The translations under genes were made by a program, and so were the position numbers. From a virus, in the IMG/VR virus record IMGVR_UViG_3300032308_002010, positions 129,816 to 193,815 of that record: a stretch of DNA of 64,000 nucleotides; one strand, 5' to 3'. The notes beneath the pieces were generated by a model that saw nothing but the letters and a program-made list of their open reading frames with translations, was not told the DNA's origin and did no database searches. Positions within the stretch are counted from its first letter, which is position 1. The number at the start of each line of letters is the position of its first letter. Shown one piece after another: positions 1-10,171 of the stretch.

Positions 1-1755
1 ACGCAGCACGTCACCTGTTACATATCCGTGATTTGTCATATTGACCGTGCAGGTTGTTCCAGAACAGGAGAGGTTGGGAAGCGTTGGCGAAGTTTGTAGC
101 GTCACGTTGGTGGTAGAACCACTGGGCGGCGAATTGCCGTGAATCACGACAGCAACCTGACCAGCCACGTAGTTCGTGCCGCCGTTGGTGATTGTAAACG
201 AAGATACAGCGTTACCGGTGAGGATTGCTGCAGCGCCAGCATTAGTTCCTGAACTCGCCCCGTTCAGTCGTATGATTGTGACGGTTGGAGCGCTAGTGTA
301 TCGCTGTCCGCCGTTGGTGACTGTGATTCCCGTGATCACACCACCAGACACAGTAGCGGTTGCCGTCGCCCCCCAGCCGTTAGAAGTGTTTGATAAGTTT
401 ACATTTCTTCCTGTTCCGTAAGTCATCGTGCCGTTTGTGCCGTCAAGCGCCGCGAGTTTGTCTAAAATGTGATTGACGGCTGTTTGTGTTAGCGCGGTAT
501 TTGTAGCAGAAATGTCACCAATTGCTTTTAAATTGCCGACCGTAAAATTTTGCAAACCATTGGGAAGCGTTATGTTATTGCTGAGGTGTTCCAGCGCTGG
601 CAAATTTAGTGTCTGCAGCGCACTGGTAATGTTTATGCTTGACGCACTTTTAAGTGCTGGGGCCGACAGGGCGTTCATGTACGAGCCAGCGACTTGAATG
701 CCGTTTCCTCCGACATACGTCAGCACAGGGAGCGACAGCGAACTGTAAGACGTCAAGCTCGACGTGCTGATCCCGCCCTGCGCCCACTCTAACGCAGGAA
801 ACGATAGTGCGCCGCTTTGCAAAGTTGACGTACTAATTGTGCTTATTGTAAAACCTACCTGCCCTAGCGCGCGGAGAACTGGGAGACTGATTGAACCAAG
901 CCCCATAGGAAAAGCACCGTAACTTAAATTAATGCCACCGGCATATATCAACGCCGGACAAGATACGGCGGTGCCGACGGTATTAGTGTTGTAGTTAGGC
1001 AATAAAGACAGCGTGCCGACAACGCCCTCCAAATCCCCAAAGGTCAAGCTTGCGGTGGAGTTTGCGGCGGTTTGCACACTAAGCGCAGACACCCATTTCC
1101 CAGTGTAGGCTACCGCGCCGGAAGACAGCAGTAAAGTTAGCGGCTGCGAAAACGCATAAAAAATTTCTGGCATCGCGCCGGTTGCGGTGATTTGTAACGC
1201 GGATGTGGCCGCGGCGGGGGACGCACCGAGCGTTGTTAACATAGCCGCTGCTGTAGTGTCGTCCAGCAGGTTTCGCGCGGCGGCAGTACATGTAATTTCT
1301 TCAACTACGCCAGCGCCAGCAGTAGACCGCCCCAGCAACCTATCTGTAGCCGACACATTTTGCATCTTGGCGTACGTAACACCGGCGTCGGCAATATCGG
1401 CCGTCACAACAGCGCCCGCATTAATCGTCCACGTTTCGCCCGCAGCAGAAACGGTGATGTCGCCTTTGTTGCCGTTTGTTACGTTACCGGAACCATAGGC
1501 AAGTGAGTTCCACGCAGTCGTGCCGTCACCGATCTTCCAGCGGCGAGTGTCTGTTTCGTATGCAACCTCACCTGCCGCTAGCACAGGATTTGTAACGGCA
1601 ATATTGGCGGCTGTATCGCGCCTATTTTGAATTGTCGGCAGCGGTGACGACGAAGACGCAATAACGCCGCAGTTGATGACAAGCGCGTTGTTAATTTTTG
1701 CCGTCGTAATCGCAGCGTCGGCGATGCCGTCTGATTGTATGCGTTGTCGTGTCAT
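1..1755 (-). CDS. Tail fibre/receptor-binding protein (3' end runs off the window)
   Basis: Not in the ORF track because it has no stop in the window. Manual translation from the ATG at 1755 is open to base 1. It has an Mtd_N/hyaluronidase-N-like motif (RRDTAAN..TNPVLAAGEVAYETDTRRWKIGDGTTAWNSLAY), LxLPxL repeats and a terminal NHGYVTGD motif. Confidence 0.8.
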   Translation of the reverse strand, partial: MTRQRIQSDGIADAAITTAKINNALVINCGVIASSSSPLPTIQNRRDTAANIAVTNPVLAAGEVAYETDTRRWKIGDGTTAWNSLAYGSGNVTNGNKGDITVSAAGETWTINAGAVVTADIADAGVTYAKMQNVSATDRLLGRSTAGAGVVEEITCTAAARNLLDDTTAAAMLTTLGASPAAATSALQITATGAMPEIFYAFSQPLTLLLSSGAVAYTGKWVSALSVQTAANSTASLTFGDLEGVVGTLSLLPNYNTNTVGTAVSCPALIYAGGINLSYGAFPMGLGSISLPVLRALGQVGFTISTISTSTLQSGALSFPALEWAQGGISTSSLTSYSSLSLPVLTYVGGNGIQVAGSYMNALSAPALKSASSINITSALQTLNLPALEHLSNNITLPNGLQNFTVGNLKAIGDISATNTALTQTAVNHILDKLAALDGTNGTMTYGTGRNVNLSNTSNGWGATATATVSGGVITGITVTNGGQRYTSAPTVTIIRLNGASSGTNAGAAAILTGNAVSSFTITNGGTNYVAGQVAVVIHGNSPPSGSTTNVTLQTSPTLPNLSCSGTTCTVNMTNHGYVTGDVLR

Positions 1756-1761
1756 GCAAGT

Positions 1762-1789
1762 ATTTTACCTATTAAGCGGCGTATCGCAA
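1762..1789 (-). promoter_or_regulatory. Possible sigma70-type promoter, probably leaderless
   Basis: TTGCGA-16 bp-TAAAAT, ending 6 nt upstream of the ATG at 1755; no SD sequence. Confidence 0.3.
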
Positions 1790-1901
1790 CACGGTATTTT
1801 AGTGGCAAAACAAGTAAACATCGAGCCCAAAGGCTGTAGCGGCGTACGCCAAAATAACGTATCATTTCTCGGGCTGTTTTACGCTAACAAATCGGAGAGG
1901 T

Positions 1902-2801
1902 GTGATGCTAAACAACAAGCTCGTCTACTACGGCTATGACCACCCGCAAATAAACCCTATGGTTGAGGCGCTGTGCGCGCAATTAGGGCTTGAATTTCAT
2001 TTTGAAGAGATCGTGCGTATATCCGCGCCAGATGAGCCGCAAGAACCAACGCGCCGAAGCCCGTACCGCGTATTTTTGAAAACTTCTAGTTGCGCCAACA
2101 TGGTCTGTATGTGGAACGGCATGCACCGTTACGGGCCGCTATTAACAGACCTGTGCAACGCCAAAGCCATACCGAAATTTTACATTGAATACGGATTATT
2201 CCCACACCGCGAAAACATCTTTGTCGACCCCGTAGGTTCGTGCGGGCGCTCTATTTTGAATAATGATTTGTCTTGGGTTACGCCGGCAGATATGACCGCG
2301 CTGCAAAACAAGCGTGAAGAAATGCAAGGTTGGTATGAAGTCAGCGACGATGACTACATTATGGTTCCGCTGCAAAATGAAAGCGACCCGCAAGTTCTGT
2401 ATTACACAAAATACAAAACAATGCACGAATTTGTATCAGACGTGGTCGCTATGTACCCCAACAATAGAATTGTCGTTAAAGAGCACCCAACAGAAGAAGC
2501 ATCATTTCAGCAGGAGTGGATGCGAAATAACCCAGACTCGTCAATTGAGTTTGTGGCGGGACCAGTAGATTTTTTACGTGTTGCCGCGAAAGCTTCTGTT
2601 GTTGTTGGACTCACGTCGACCACGCTGTACGAGGCTGGCGTACTTGGCAAGACTGTCGTAGCGCTTGGAAATCACCCGCTAGCCGGAGCCGACGAAACAG
2701 ATAAAGAAAAAATTCTTGCTGGCGCGCTGGCGTTGAACGTCAATATGGAAACTGGAAACATAAAGTCTGTATTAGATCGCTTCGGCATACAGCCGTTATG
2801 A
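1902..2801 (+). CDS. KpsC/KpsS-like (Capsule_synth, GT107-like) glycosyltransferase, copy 1
   Basis: YIEYGLFP, DPVG, VPLQNESD (QxxxD), VKEHP (HP), STTLYEA. Confidence 0.75.
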   Translation: MMLNNKLVYYGYDHPQINPMVEALCAQLGLEFHFEEIVRISAPDEPQEPTRRSPYRVFLKTSSCANMVCMWNGMHRYGPLLTDLCNAKAIPKFYIEYGLFPHRENIFVDPVGSCGRSILNNDLSWVTPADMTALQNKREEMQGWYEVSDDDYIMVPLQNESDPQVLYYTKYKTMHEFVSDVVAMYPNNRIVVKEHPTEEASFQQEWMRNNPDSSIEFVAGPVDFLRVAAKASVVVGLTSTTLYEAGVLGKTVVALGNHPLAGADETDKEKILAGALALNVNMETGNIKSVLDRFGIQPL

Positions 2802-3676
2802 CGAACAAAAAACTTTTTCACTACGGCGGCAACAGTATTTCCCGCAAAGCGTTTGAAGAAGCGCTTTTAAGAAAATTGGCTGACGATTACGGCTTAGAGT
2901 TAGAAATAGTTTGGCCTGCGTGCCCACATGTCGCTTTTGTAGAAGCGGCTAAGACAGCCAAATACGCAAATTTAATTACTCTGTGGAACGGGTCTTTGTG
3001 TTGCGGGCCATTGTTCACCCGTCTATGCAAAGCAAAAAAAATTCCACACTGTTATCTAGAGTGGGGAATGCTGCCGCAAGAGACACACATCTTTTTTGAC
3101 CCGCGCGGGTTTGCAGGCGATTCGATCATGAACTATGACGTGTCGTGGGTAGGGCAGGAAGATTTAGATAACTTGGCGCGCAAACGACAAGAATTGCAAA
3201 GCTGGTATCCGCGTAAAGACGAGGGCTACATACTTGTACCCCTGCAAAAAGAAAACGATACGCAGATTTTGTATCACACGCCATATTTATCTATGAACGA
3301 ATTTGTTGAAGATGTGATTCGCCGCTACCCAAAAAACAAAATTATGGTCAAGCCGCACCCGAAAGACGACAACGTGCAGCTTTTTATGTCGCGCTGGCGG
3401 GCTGAAAAAAGAATTGAAATTGTGCCGGCACCAGCAGATTTTTTACGTTTGGCGGCAAAAGCAACACTGGTTGTCGGCCTAACTTCTACAACGCTATACG
3501 AGGCGGGCGTATTAGGCGTACCAGTCGTATCATTAGCGCGGCACCCAATGTCAATCCACAGCCCACACGACAAAGAACGCGTGCTTGCCGCGGCTGTTGC
3601 GCTTAACTTAGATAGTAAAACCGGCGATTTAAAGCCGCTGCTAGACCGCTTTGGTATAGTGCCTCGCGCCTATTGA
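2798..3676 (+). CDS. KpsC/KpsS-like (Capsule_synth, GT107-like) glycosyltransferase, copy 2
   Basis: YLEWGMLP, DPRG, VPLQKEND, VKPHP, STTLYEA; ATGA overlap with copy 1; clear paralogue. Confidence 0.75.
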   Translation: MTNKKLFHYGGNSISRKAFEEALLRKLADDYGLELEIVWPACPHVAFVEAAKTAKYANLITLWNGSLCCGPLFTRLCKAKKIPHCYLEWGMLPQETHIFFDPRGFAGDSIMNYDVSWVGQEDLDNLARKRQELQSWYPRKDEGYILVPLQKENDTQILYHTPYLSMNEFVEDVIRRYPKNKIMVKPHPKDDNVQLFMSRWRAEKRIEIVPAPADFLRLAAKATLVVGLTSTTLYEAGVLGVPVVSLARHPMSIHSPHDKERVLAAAVALNLDSKTGDLKPLLDRFGIVPRAY

Positions 3677-4983
3677 CCGCCAATTATTGGCACACATTTG
3701 TAGTAGCGGCCGTCGGCTGCCAGTGTGCAACCCGTGTACGGCGCCTGACACTCCTGAATCATTGAACTAGCACATCTAAAAATGCAGGTAAGTCTAGAGT
3801 TTGTGGAATTATAGGTAAAAACAGAGCGCGCGTTGCCGTTCCCGTCGTATAAAAACACACTCTCAGAATATGTTTGCACGGTCGATCCGTTTAAAATTTG
3901 GTACCATTCACCGACAAACGGGAGGCCAGAAAACGAGTATACAGTGATATTTGTTGGCGTAAATACTGTAGAAAAACTTGCCGGCCCGACGGAGGCGCCA
4001 GTAATAAAATAAGCTATTGGGGGCGTGTTCAAACGCAATACCCCGCCCGTGATAGATGTTGAACCGGTGTAAGACACCGCACCAGAAAATATTTGCGTGT
4101 TTGTACCTTGCTTCACGATGCTGAGGGCGCCACTGATAAAGCCGCCGTAGTCGTGTTCGTACGTCCCGTCGCCGCCAAGTGTGAGTGTCGCGGCAGTCGA
4201 GCTAAGCACTCTGCCGCGAGCAGGCGGCGCGCCGTATTCCAAATCTTGCCCGCCGGTCAACGAATGCACTGATTGGTTGTATCCGTTTAGATCAAATACC
4301 GAGTCCGACGGGTCCCAATCTGTGAGAAAGCCAAAAACAAATGTGTTGTTAAAAACGTTGGCGGCGTTTGCCCGAATTTTGCAACCGTAGAAGTCCAAAT
4401 TTGAACCCGGTTGATCCGGGTTCATCGTCATTGTGTTCGTGCCGCCAAAACCAAAAACGGATAAATTGTTGTTGTCAGCCGACGAGATAAAAATAGAGGT
4501 TGGCGCGCCGCTTAGCGCTGAATTGATATTACACGTTCCTCTCAAATCCACTGTGCTGATAGAGCAGGCGGACGAATCAAAATTTATCTGTCCGCCGGTA
4601 ATCGTGCGGGTAAATGATGGCGCGCCCGTCGTATAATTGACGCCGCCCGCGAAACTCAGCGAACCTACATTAACGGTACCTGAAACGTTTATGGTGATAT
4701 CTGCTGCAGAGCCGCTAAAATACGCATCAACATAGCGGCCAGAAGTCGCGCTTTTGCTGTTTGTCCACGCGCGATAAACGCCGGCAGCATTTAACGTTGG
4801 TGAACTAATTCCAGAATAACTCGCTGCATCTATTTCGCCGGTCCACCAGTTTTGGCCAGCGCTTGCAGACCACGTACCGCCACTTGTAGTAAACGGCGGC
4901 GGCCCGGCGTCGGAATCCCAACTCAGCGTTGTTACGTCAGCCGGTTTTCTAGTAGCTGCGATGCTGTTGCCGTGAAAACTCAT
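3670..4983 (-). CDS. Autotransporter-associated beta-strand repeat protein (putative fibre/adhesin)
   Basis: IVKQGTNTQIFSGAVSYTGSTSITGGVLRL, FDLNGYNQSVHSLTG; Cys-rich C-terminus. Confidence 0.7.
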   Translation of the reverse strand: MSFHGNSIAATRKPADVTTLSWDSDAGPPPFTTSGGTWSASAGQNWWTGEIDAASYSGISSPTLNAAGVYRAWTNSKSATSGRYVDAYFSGSAADITINVSGTVNVGSLSFAGGVNYTTGAPSFTRTITGGQINFDSSACSISTVDLRGTCNINSALSGAPTSIFISSADNNNLSVFGFGGTNTMTMNPDQPGSNLDFYGCKIRANAANVFNNTFVFGFLTDWDPSDSVFDLNGYNQSVHSLTGGQDLEYGAPPARGRVLSSTAATLTLGGDGTYEHDYGGFISGALSIVKQGTNTQIFSGAVSYTGSTSITGGVLRLNTPPIAYFITGASVGPASFSTVFTPTNITVYSFSGLPFVGEWYQILNGSTVQTYSESVFLYDGNGNARSVFTYNSTNSRLTCIFRCASSMIQECQAPYTGCTLAADGRYYKCVPIIGGQ

Positions 4984-5001
4984 ACTGCACCCGGCAAATA
5001 T

Positions 5002-5883
5002 TTAGTTGGTTTTAGCGCCGATGTAGTGGCCCTCTACAATAGACGACCCAACTGCGCGCAACAAAAACAGATGGGTCCCAATCGCGAGCGGGGCGGCAGG
5101 CGGCTGGTTAAACCAGTCAGTCACAATAGTCCACGTTACAGTAGTCGCAGTGGATACTGTGATTCGCAAAACTACGTCGGCTGTAATGCTTGTCGTCGGC
5201 CATCCGGTGCCTTTTGTAAACGTAGTCGCCGCACCGCTAAGTGTAAGTGTTTGAAAAATACGATCGGAGCCAAAGTTAATCGCGTTGGAGCCTGAAATAG
5301 TCCCGAGCGCGAACACCGCATTGTTTATCGTACTGACGCCAGATGGTCCTGTCGGACCTAATGGGCCGGTTGCGCCAACAGGCCCGGTTGCACCACCGGG
5401 GCTGCCCGCGACGCCAGTGGGTCCAAGTGGCCCCGTCGGTCCGGTTACGCCAGTAGCACCCAGCGGGCCGGTTGCGCCAACAGGCCCGGTTGCACCACCT
5501 GCGCTGCCAGTTATGTGTACGCCAAAAAAAGTATCCGTGCTTGCCGGGGCAACACTAAATGTAATTTGCGCGCCAGATACTGTGTAACTAACGCCCGGTT
5601 CCTGAATCACGCCGTTCAAAGATATTAATAAACTGTTGGCGTTTTTCGGCGTGACTGCGGTTGAGTTACTTGTCAGATTAAACGTCGTCGTGCTGCCGTT
5701 AAACGTAGGCGCGTCAAGTTTCGCGTTTAAGCTGGATTTGATCGTCAGCGGTTCGATGTCTCCCGCTGCGTTTTTGTAGTACAGAAGGCCGTCGGCGTAA
5801 TTGATCGCTAATTCGCCGTGGTTTAGCGTCGGCGGCGCAGCACTTGCAGTGCCGCTTTTTTTTATCAGAATAGTGTTTGGCAT
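5002..5883 (-). CDS. Collagen-like tail fibre protein
   Basis: N-terminal [24 protein letters not shown] module, [16 protein letters not shown] module, G-X-Y repeats. Confidence 0.8.
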   Translation of the reverse strand: MPNTILIKKSGTASAAPPTLNHGELAINYADGLLYYKNAAGDIEPLTIKSSLNAKLDAPTFNGSTTTFNLTSNSTAVTPKNANSLLISLNGVIQEPGVSYTVSGAQITFSVAPASTDTFFGVHITGSAGGATGPVGATGPLGATGVTGPTGPLGPTGVAGSPGGATGPVGATGPLGPTGPSGVSTINNAVFALGTISGSNAINFGSDRIFQTLTLSGAATTFTKGTGWPTTSITADVVLRITVSTATTVTWTIVTDWFNQPPAAPLAIGTHLFLLRAVGSSIVEGHYIGAKTN

Positions 5884-5916
5884 TTTAGTGCTGAGCGCTA
5901 CGGGTAGAGGGCAGAT

Positions 5917-5945
5917 ATTATGCCCGCAGCCGACAAAACACGCAA
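5917..5945 (-). promoter_or_regulatory. Possible sigma70-type promoter
   Basis: TTGCGT-17 bp-CATAAT in the intergenic gap upstream of 5883. Confidence 0.3.
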
Positions 5946-5946
5946 A

Positions 5947-6315
5947 TCATTCGGCCGCACTGACGTTGAATTGCGTATGCGGCTGCCATTTGAGCGTTGA
6001 TTCTTTTTCGGGCGTGTTCGGGTCGTCGCCGATGTAGCGCCCATTTGAGCCGCGGGGCTGGTCATAAATCCACTCGCTTTCGTCCGGGGCGAGCCAGACG
6101 TCAAAACGCGCGGGGTTTTGCGGCGCGACTTCAGCCCATTGGTCAAATGGATCGATTATTGGACTAGACAATGTAACGCTATGCGGTTGCGTCGGGTCAA
6201 AGTCTGGCACAAGATTGTCGGCAATATCTTGTATAACCTGCGCAAGCGCCGCGTTTGTATTGCTAGCCGTTATGCGCTTGTAAAAAACGCCCTGTACTGT
6301 TACGTCAAATTTCAT
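5947..6315 (-). CDS. Hypothetical protein
   Basis: 122-aa ORF filling the gap; RGSNGRYIGDDPNTPE motif recalls small proteins of aquatic phages. Confidence 0.65.
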   Translation of the reverse strand: MKFDVTVQGVFYKRITASNTNAALAQVIQDIADNLVPDFDPTQPHSVTLSSPIIDPFDQWAEVAPQNPARFDVWLAPDESEWIYDQPRGSNGRYIGDDPNTPEKESTLKWQPHTQFNVSAAE

Positions 6316-6323
6316 AGCGACAC

Positions 6324-9300
6324 CTAGAAGCTACCGCCGTCGATTACGCAATCAGCGACCGCGTTGCACAATTCATTGGCGGCGAATTTAGCCGCTGTTA
6401 ACGTACCGTCTGCAACCTTGGCGTTTGTCACCGCGCTGTCGGCAATGCCGGCCGTGGCAATTGTGCCGAAACCGAGCGTCGTACCGGACAGGCGCAAAAC
6501 TTGGCCATCAGCAGTAGCTGCGATATCAGCGGGGACGCCGGAACTATTGGCGCTGCGGCCAATAACAGACGTCGCAGAACTATTTCGCAACTTTGCGTTC
6601 GTAACTGCCCCGTCGGCAAGCTTAGCGGTTGTTATTTCGCCGTCGGCTACGCCGGCCGATGCAATGGAGCTATCAACGTACGCCTTGGTTGCCGCGTCTG
6701 TATTGTTTGTCGGCGTTGCGAGGCTGGTGATGCGTTTTGACGCTACGTCGACTGTTCCCGTGCCGTTGGGCACAAGATTGACGTTCGTGTCCGTCCCGCC
6801 GGCAGTAAATGTGAGCGCGCCAGTACCGGTAATAGACCCGTTATTTGTACCCGTACCGCCGTTTGCCACAGCGATCGTCGTGCCGTTCCAAACGCCCGCT
6901 GTAATCGTGCCGACACTTGTCAGGCTCGAACTTGTAACTCCCGAACCAAGAGCAGTGGCTGAAAGAACAGACGTGCCAGCAACGCGATAAACTTTGCCGG
7001 TGGCGACGTCGAAGTCTTCGCTGCTCGTCCAAGCGTTTGTTGCGCTGATCCAGTTGAGAGTCTTGTCTGTCGTGCCTTTCAGCGTGATGCCACCGCCGTC
7101 GGCTGAGACGTCAGACGCACCCGCAATGTTAAATGTGGTTGCACCAGCAGTTGCCGCCGAAGGCGTCGTGATCGTGAGGGAATTATTCGTCGAGCTTGCG
7201 ACAATACTGGCGATTACAGAACCCGCAGGTATCCCGGTGCCAGTTACGGCTTGCCCGACAACTACACCCGCAAGTTGTGCTATTCCGAATCCAAGGGCTA
7301 TCACAGCAGTAGTGGAATTTGTTACAGATATGGTTCCCGTGTAGGGTCCAGACGCGACAACGCTTCCAAGTTCGATATTTTTATCGTCAACAGTGACCGT
7401 TCGCGTATTTAACGTGGTTGTCGTTCCGTTTACTGTTAAATCACCAGCAACAACTAAATTTCCAGAAACATTGGCTGTAGAGAGGTTGGTTGTGCCGTTG
7501 AGGTTGTTTGTATAGCCCGACGCGCCAAGATTAATAACTGCGGAACCGCCATTCATATTTCCTGTGGCAATATTAACTGTTCTTAAACCACCAAAGACGC
7601 CGCCGTTCGCTAAATTCAACGTCGTCGCCGCGCCAAACGCATTCACGGTCGTGGCTGTGGTGTTGAATACATTAAACGACGTGCTATCTGTTGTGACGCT
7701 CGTCGTGAACTGCGGGCTGGTTGAGAAGACAACTGTGTTAGAACCCGTCTCGTCTGTCAGCGCCGCCGCAAGGTTTGCACTGCTGGGCGTGGCCAAGAAC
7801 GTCGCGACGCCAGTTCCGAGGCCAGACACGTCAGTCGCAATAGCAACCTGCGCGCTACCCGAAGTTACGCGGCCATAGGCGTCCGTCGTAACCTTGGCGT
7901 ACGTACCCGCGGTGCCTACTGTGGCAAGGTTAACCGAGTCTGCCGTGACAGACAGCGCGCCGTTGCCTGTTGAAACAACGTCGAGCGTGGCGCCTGTTTT
8001 CGTAAGACCAGCGCCGGCGACAATGTTTGTGTTTGCCGCCGCATACGTGTAAAAGTCGCCGTACGTAACATTCGTGGTGCCGACGGTGATGCTGCCGGTA
8101 TTCGTGTTGACGAACGTTTTGCGGGCGTTCACCTGCCCGTCTAGCACATAAACATTTGCGCCTAAAAGTTCGGCGCCTGTGTCGGAGTCGATGGCGCGGT
8201 TAAGAAAGCCATTGCCACCCCTAACATAAATACCGTTTTGGGTTGCATTCGTTTGATTCTTTAAAAGAACGCGATCTCCAGTTTTAAGCGAAACTTGGTC
8301 AATATAACCGGGAGCGGGGGATAAGGAGACGTTTTCCGTACTCGCGGCTGTTACAGCGTCTTTAGTTGTAGTAGATAAGCCAAACGTGGAAATGATGGCG
8401 GTATTGATGTCGTCCGCCAGCGCGAGATTGCCTGTTTTATGCGGCAAGAAAAGTTTGTAATCACCCGAGGCCCAAGTTGTTTGCGCGTAACTGTTTGTAA
8501 TAAGCCACGTGCAGTCGTTGTCGGCGTCATAATTGTTATCAACAGCAAAATTGATTTGCGCGTACTGACTATTTGGGTTACGGATACTCAGAAAAATGTC
8601 AGGGTTCTGTGTGCTTGCATCGAAAAAAGCGCGCATCGTGTTGAAAATATAAGAGTCGCCTTGGACGTCACTCGGGTCGCTGCTATTGGGAGAGAAGGTT
8701 GCTCCGCCTGTCGCGCTTAACGTGCCACCGAACGTGCCGGTGCCACTCGCCGTGATGTTGCCGAGGCCGTCAACAAAGAATTTTTCGTCGGCCGCGCCCA
8801 AGGTGCCATACGCCGTGACGTTGCCTTCCGTCACGACGTTGCCGACGTTGTCAACAGCGAAAAAACCGGCCGCCGCGCTCAGATCGCCGAACGTGCCGGA
8901 GCCAGCAGTCGTAACGTTGCCGCTGCCGCCGTCAACAGTGAACTTGCCAACCGCCGCGCTCAGGCCGGAGCCGAACGAGCCGCTGGCCGCCGATAGCGAG
9001 CCAGCCGTCGTGACGTTGGCGCCGCTGTCGACATTAAAATAATTTTCACCGCTGCCACCAGCACTGATGGTGTTGGCAGAGATGTAGCCGCTCGCCGTGA
9101 CGTTGCCGCCCGCAGAGACGTTGCCGCCCGCAGAGACGTTGGCCATCGTCTCAAGGCCGGTGCTTGCGTAGAGTGTGCTGCCTACGTTGACGGCGCCGCT
9201 GCTGTTAACAGTGAACGCGCCGCCCGCAGTGCTCAGGGTGCCGGTCGTCGAGACGTTGCCGCTGGTGTCAACGATGAAGGCGCCGCTCGCCGCGCTTAGG

Positions 9301-10124
9301 ATGCCGAGCGTGGCGATGCCACTCGCCGCGATGTTGCCGCTGGCGTCAACGGCGAAGTTGCCGTCCGCCGCGCTCAGGGTGCCTTCCGTTGCAACGTTGC
9401 CGTCTTCGTCGATAGCGCAGTCAGACACAGCCAAACTGCCTGCAATAATCGCGCCGTTAGTTCCGTAAATAACCGCTTTGCCGTTAACGATCGTGTTCGC
9501 CACGGAACCGTCGAGCAGGTTGAGTTCGTCGGCGGTGGACGTGACGTCTGTTCCGTTAAGTCGCAGCGACCCGAGGTAGCCAGCGGTTGCTTCAATACGA
9601 GCAGCGCCGCTAATTATGCCTACGTTGTTTAAAGATAAGTCGCCGAGGTCGCTGACAACGAAATAACCGTCGGCAATGTTCAGCGACTTTGCTTTGACCT
9701 CGCCCGCCGAACCGTAAATCACCGCCTTGCCATTAACGACAGTATTCGCGACAGAGCCGTCCACAAGGTTGAGTTCTGCTGCGCTGGACGTGACACCCGT
9801 GCCGCCAATCTGGAATGTGCCGACTAAATTTGTCGTGCCGTTAAACGTGTTCGTAAACCCAGCCGACCACGTATTGCTGGCGCCGAGTTTGGCGTAACTC
9901 GACAGGTCGGCGCTGGCAATGGCGCTGTCTACATAGCTCTTGGTCGCAAACGTGCCATCACCGCCGATAGCAATAACGCTAGTGGCTACGCCAGAACCGT
10001 TATTGCCTTTGCCGTAATACAGCGTGTTATTGACTTCATTGAAGGCTAATTCGGCGTTGGCGAGCGTGCTAGGCGCTCCGGTGGCTCCTGAGCCGCGCCG
10101 TTTGATGCGCAGTGTATTCGGCAT
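6324..10124 (-). CDS. Long tail fibre/virion structural protein
   Basis: 1266 aa, G/A/T/S/N-rich. N-terminal LRIKRR..GAPSTLANAELAFNE; duplicated ELNLxDGSVANTxVNGKAVIYG; GDRVLLKNQTNATQNGIY, ATPSSANLAAALTDETG and DAATKAYVD motifs typical of phage fibres. Confidence 0.85.
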   Translation of the reverse strand: MPNTLRIKRRGSGATGAPSTLANAELAFNEVNNTLYYGKGNNGSGVATSVIAIGGDGTFATKSYVDSAIASADLSSYAKLGASNTWSAGFTNTFNGTTNLVGTFQIGGTGVTSSAAELNLVDGSVANTVVNGKAVIYGSAGEVKAKSLNIADGYFVVSDLGDLSLNNVGIISGAARIEATAGYLGSLRLNGTDVTSTADELNLLDGSVANTIVNGKAVIYGTNGAIIAGSLAVSDCAIDEDGNVATEGTLSAADGNFAVDASGNIAASGIATLGILSAASGAFIVDTSGNVSTTGTLSTAGGAFTVNSSGAVNVGSTLYASTGLETMANVSAGGNVSAGGNVTASGYISANTISAGGSGENYFNVDSGANVTTAGSLSAASGSFGSGLSAAVGKFTVDGGSGNVTTAGSGTFGDLSAAAGFFAVDNVGNVVTEGNVTAYGTLGAADEKFFVDGLGNITASGTGTFGGTLSATGGATFSPNSSDPSDVQGDSYIFNTMRAFFDASTQNPDIFLSIRNPNSQYAQINFAVDNNYDADNDCTWLITNSYAQTTWASGDYKLFLPHKTGNLALADDINTAIISTFGLSTTTKDAVTAASTENVSLSPAPGYIDQVSLKTGDRVLLKNQTNATQNGIYVRGGNGFLNRAIDSDTGAELLGANVYVLDGQVNARKTFVNTNTGSITVGTTNVTYGDFYTYAAANTNIVAGAGLTKTGATLDVVSTGNGALSVTADSVNLATVGTAGTYAKVTTDAYGRVTSGSAQVAIATDVSGLGTGVATFLATPSSANLAAALTDETGSNTVVFSTSPQFTTSVTTDSTSFNVFNTTATTVNAFGAATTLNLANGGVFGGLRTVNIATGNMNGGSAVINLGASGYTNNLNGTTNLSTANVSGNLVVAGDLTVNGTTTTLNTRTVTVDDKNIELGSVVASGPYTGTISVTNSTTAVIALGFGIAQLAGVVVGQAVTGTGIPAGSVIASIVASSTNNSLTITTPSAATAGATTFNIAGASDVSADGGGITLKGTTDKTLNWISATNAWTSSEDFDVATGKVYRVAGTSVLSATALGSGVTSSSLTSVGTITAGVWNGTTIAVANGGTGTNNGSITGTGALTFTAGGTDTNVNLVPNGTGTVDVASKRITSLATPTNNTDAATKAYVDSSIASAGVADGEITTAKLADGAVTNAKLRNSSATSVIGRSANSSGVPADIAATADGQVLRLSGTTLGFGTIATAGIADSAVTNAKVADGTLTAAKFAANELCNAVADCVIDGGSF

Positions 10125-10171
10125 TTTTGAACTCCGCGTAGGTATGGCAGTAGGTGCAGTATATCAAATCG

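Noticed and set aside
9099-9140. 18-bp tandem repeat GACGTTGCCGCCCGCAGA
   Set aside because: It is an in-frame coding duplication (NVSAGG) within the fibre gene.
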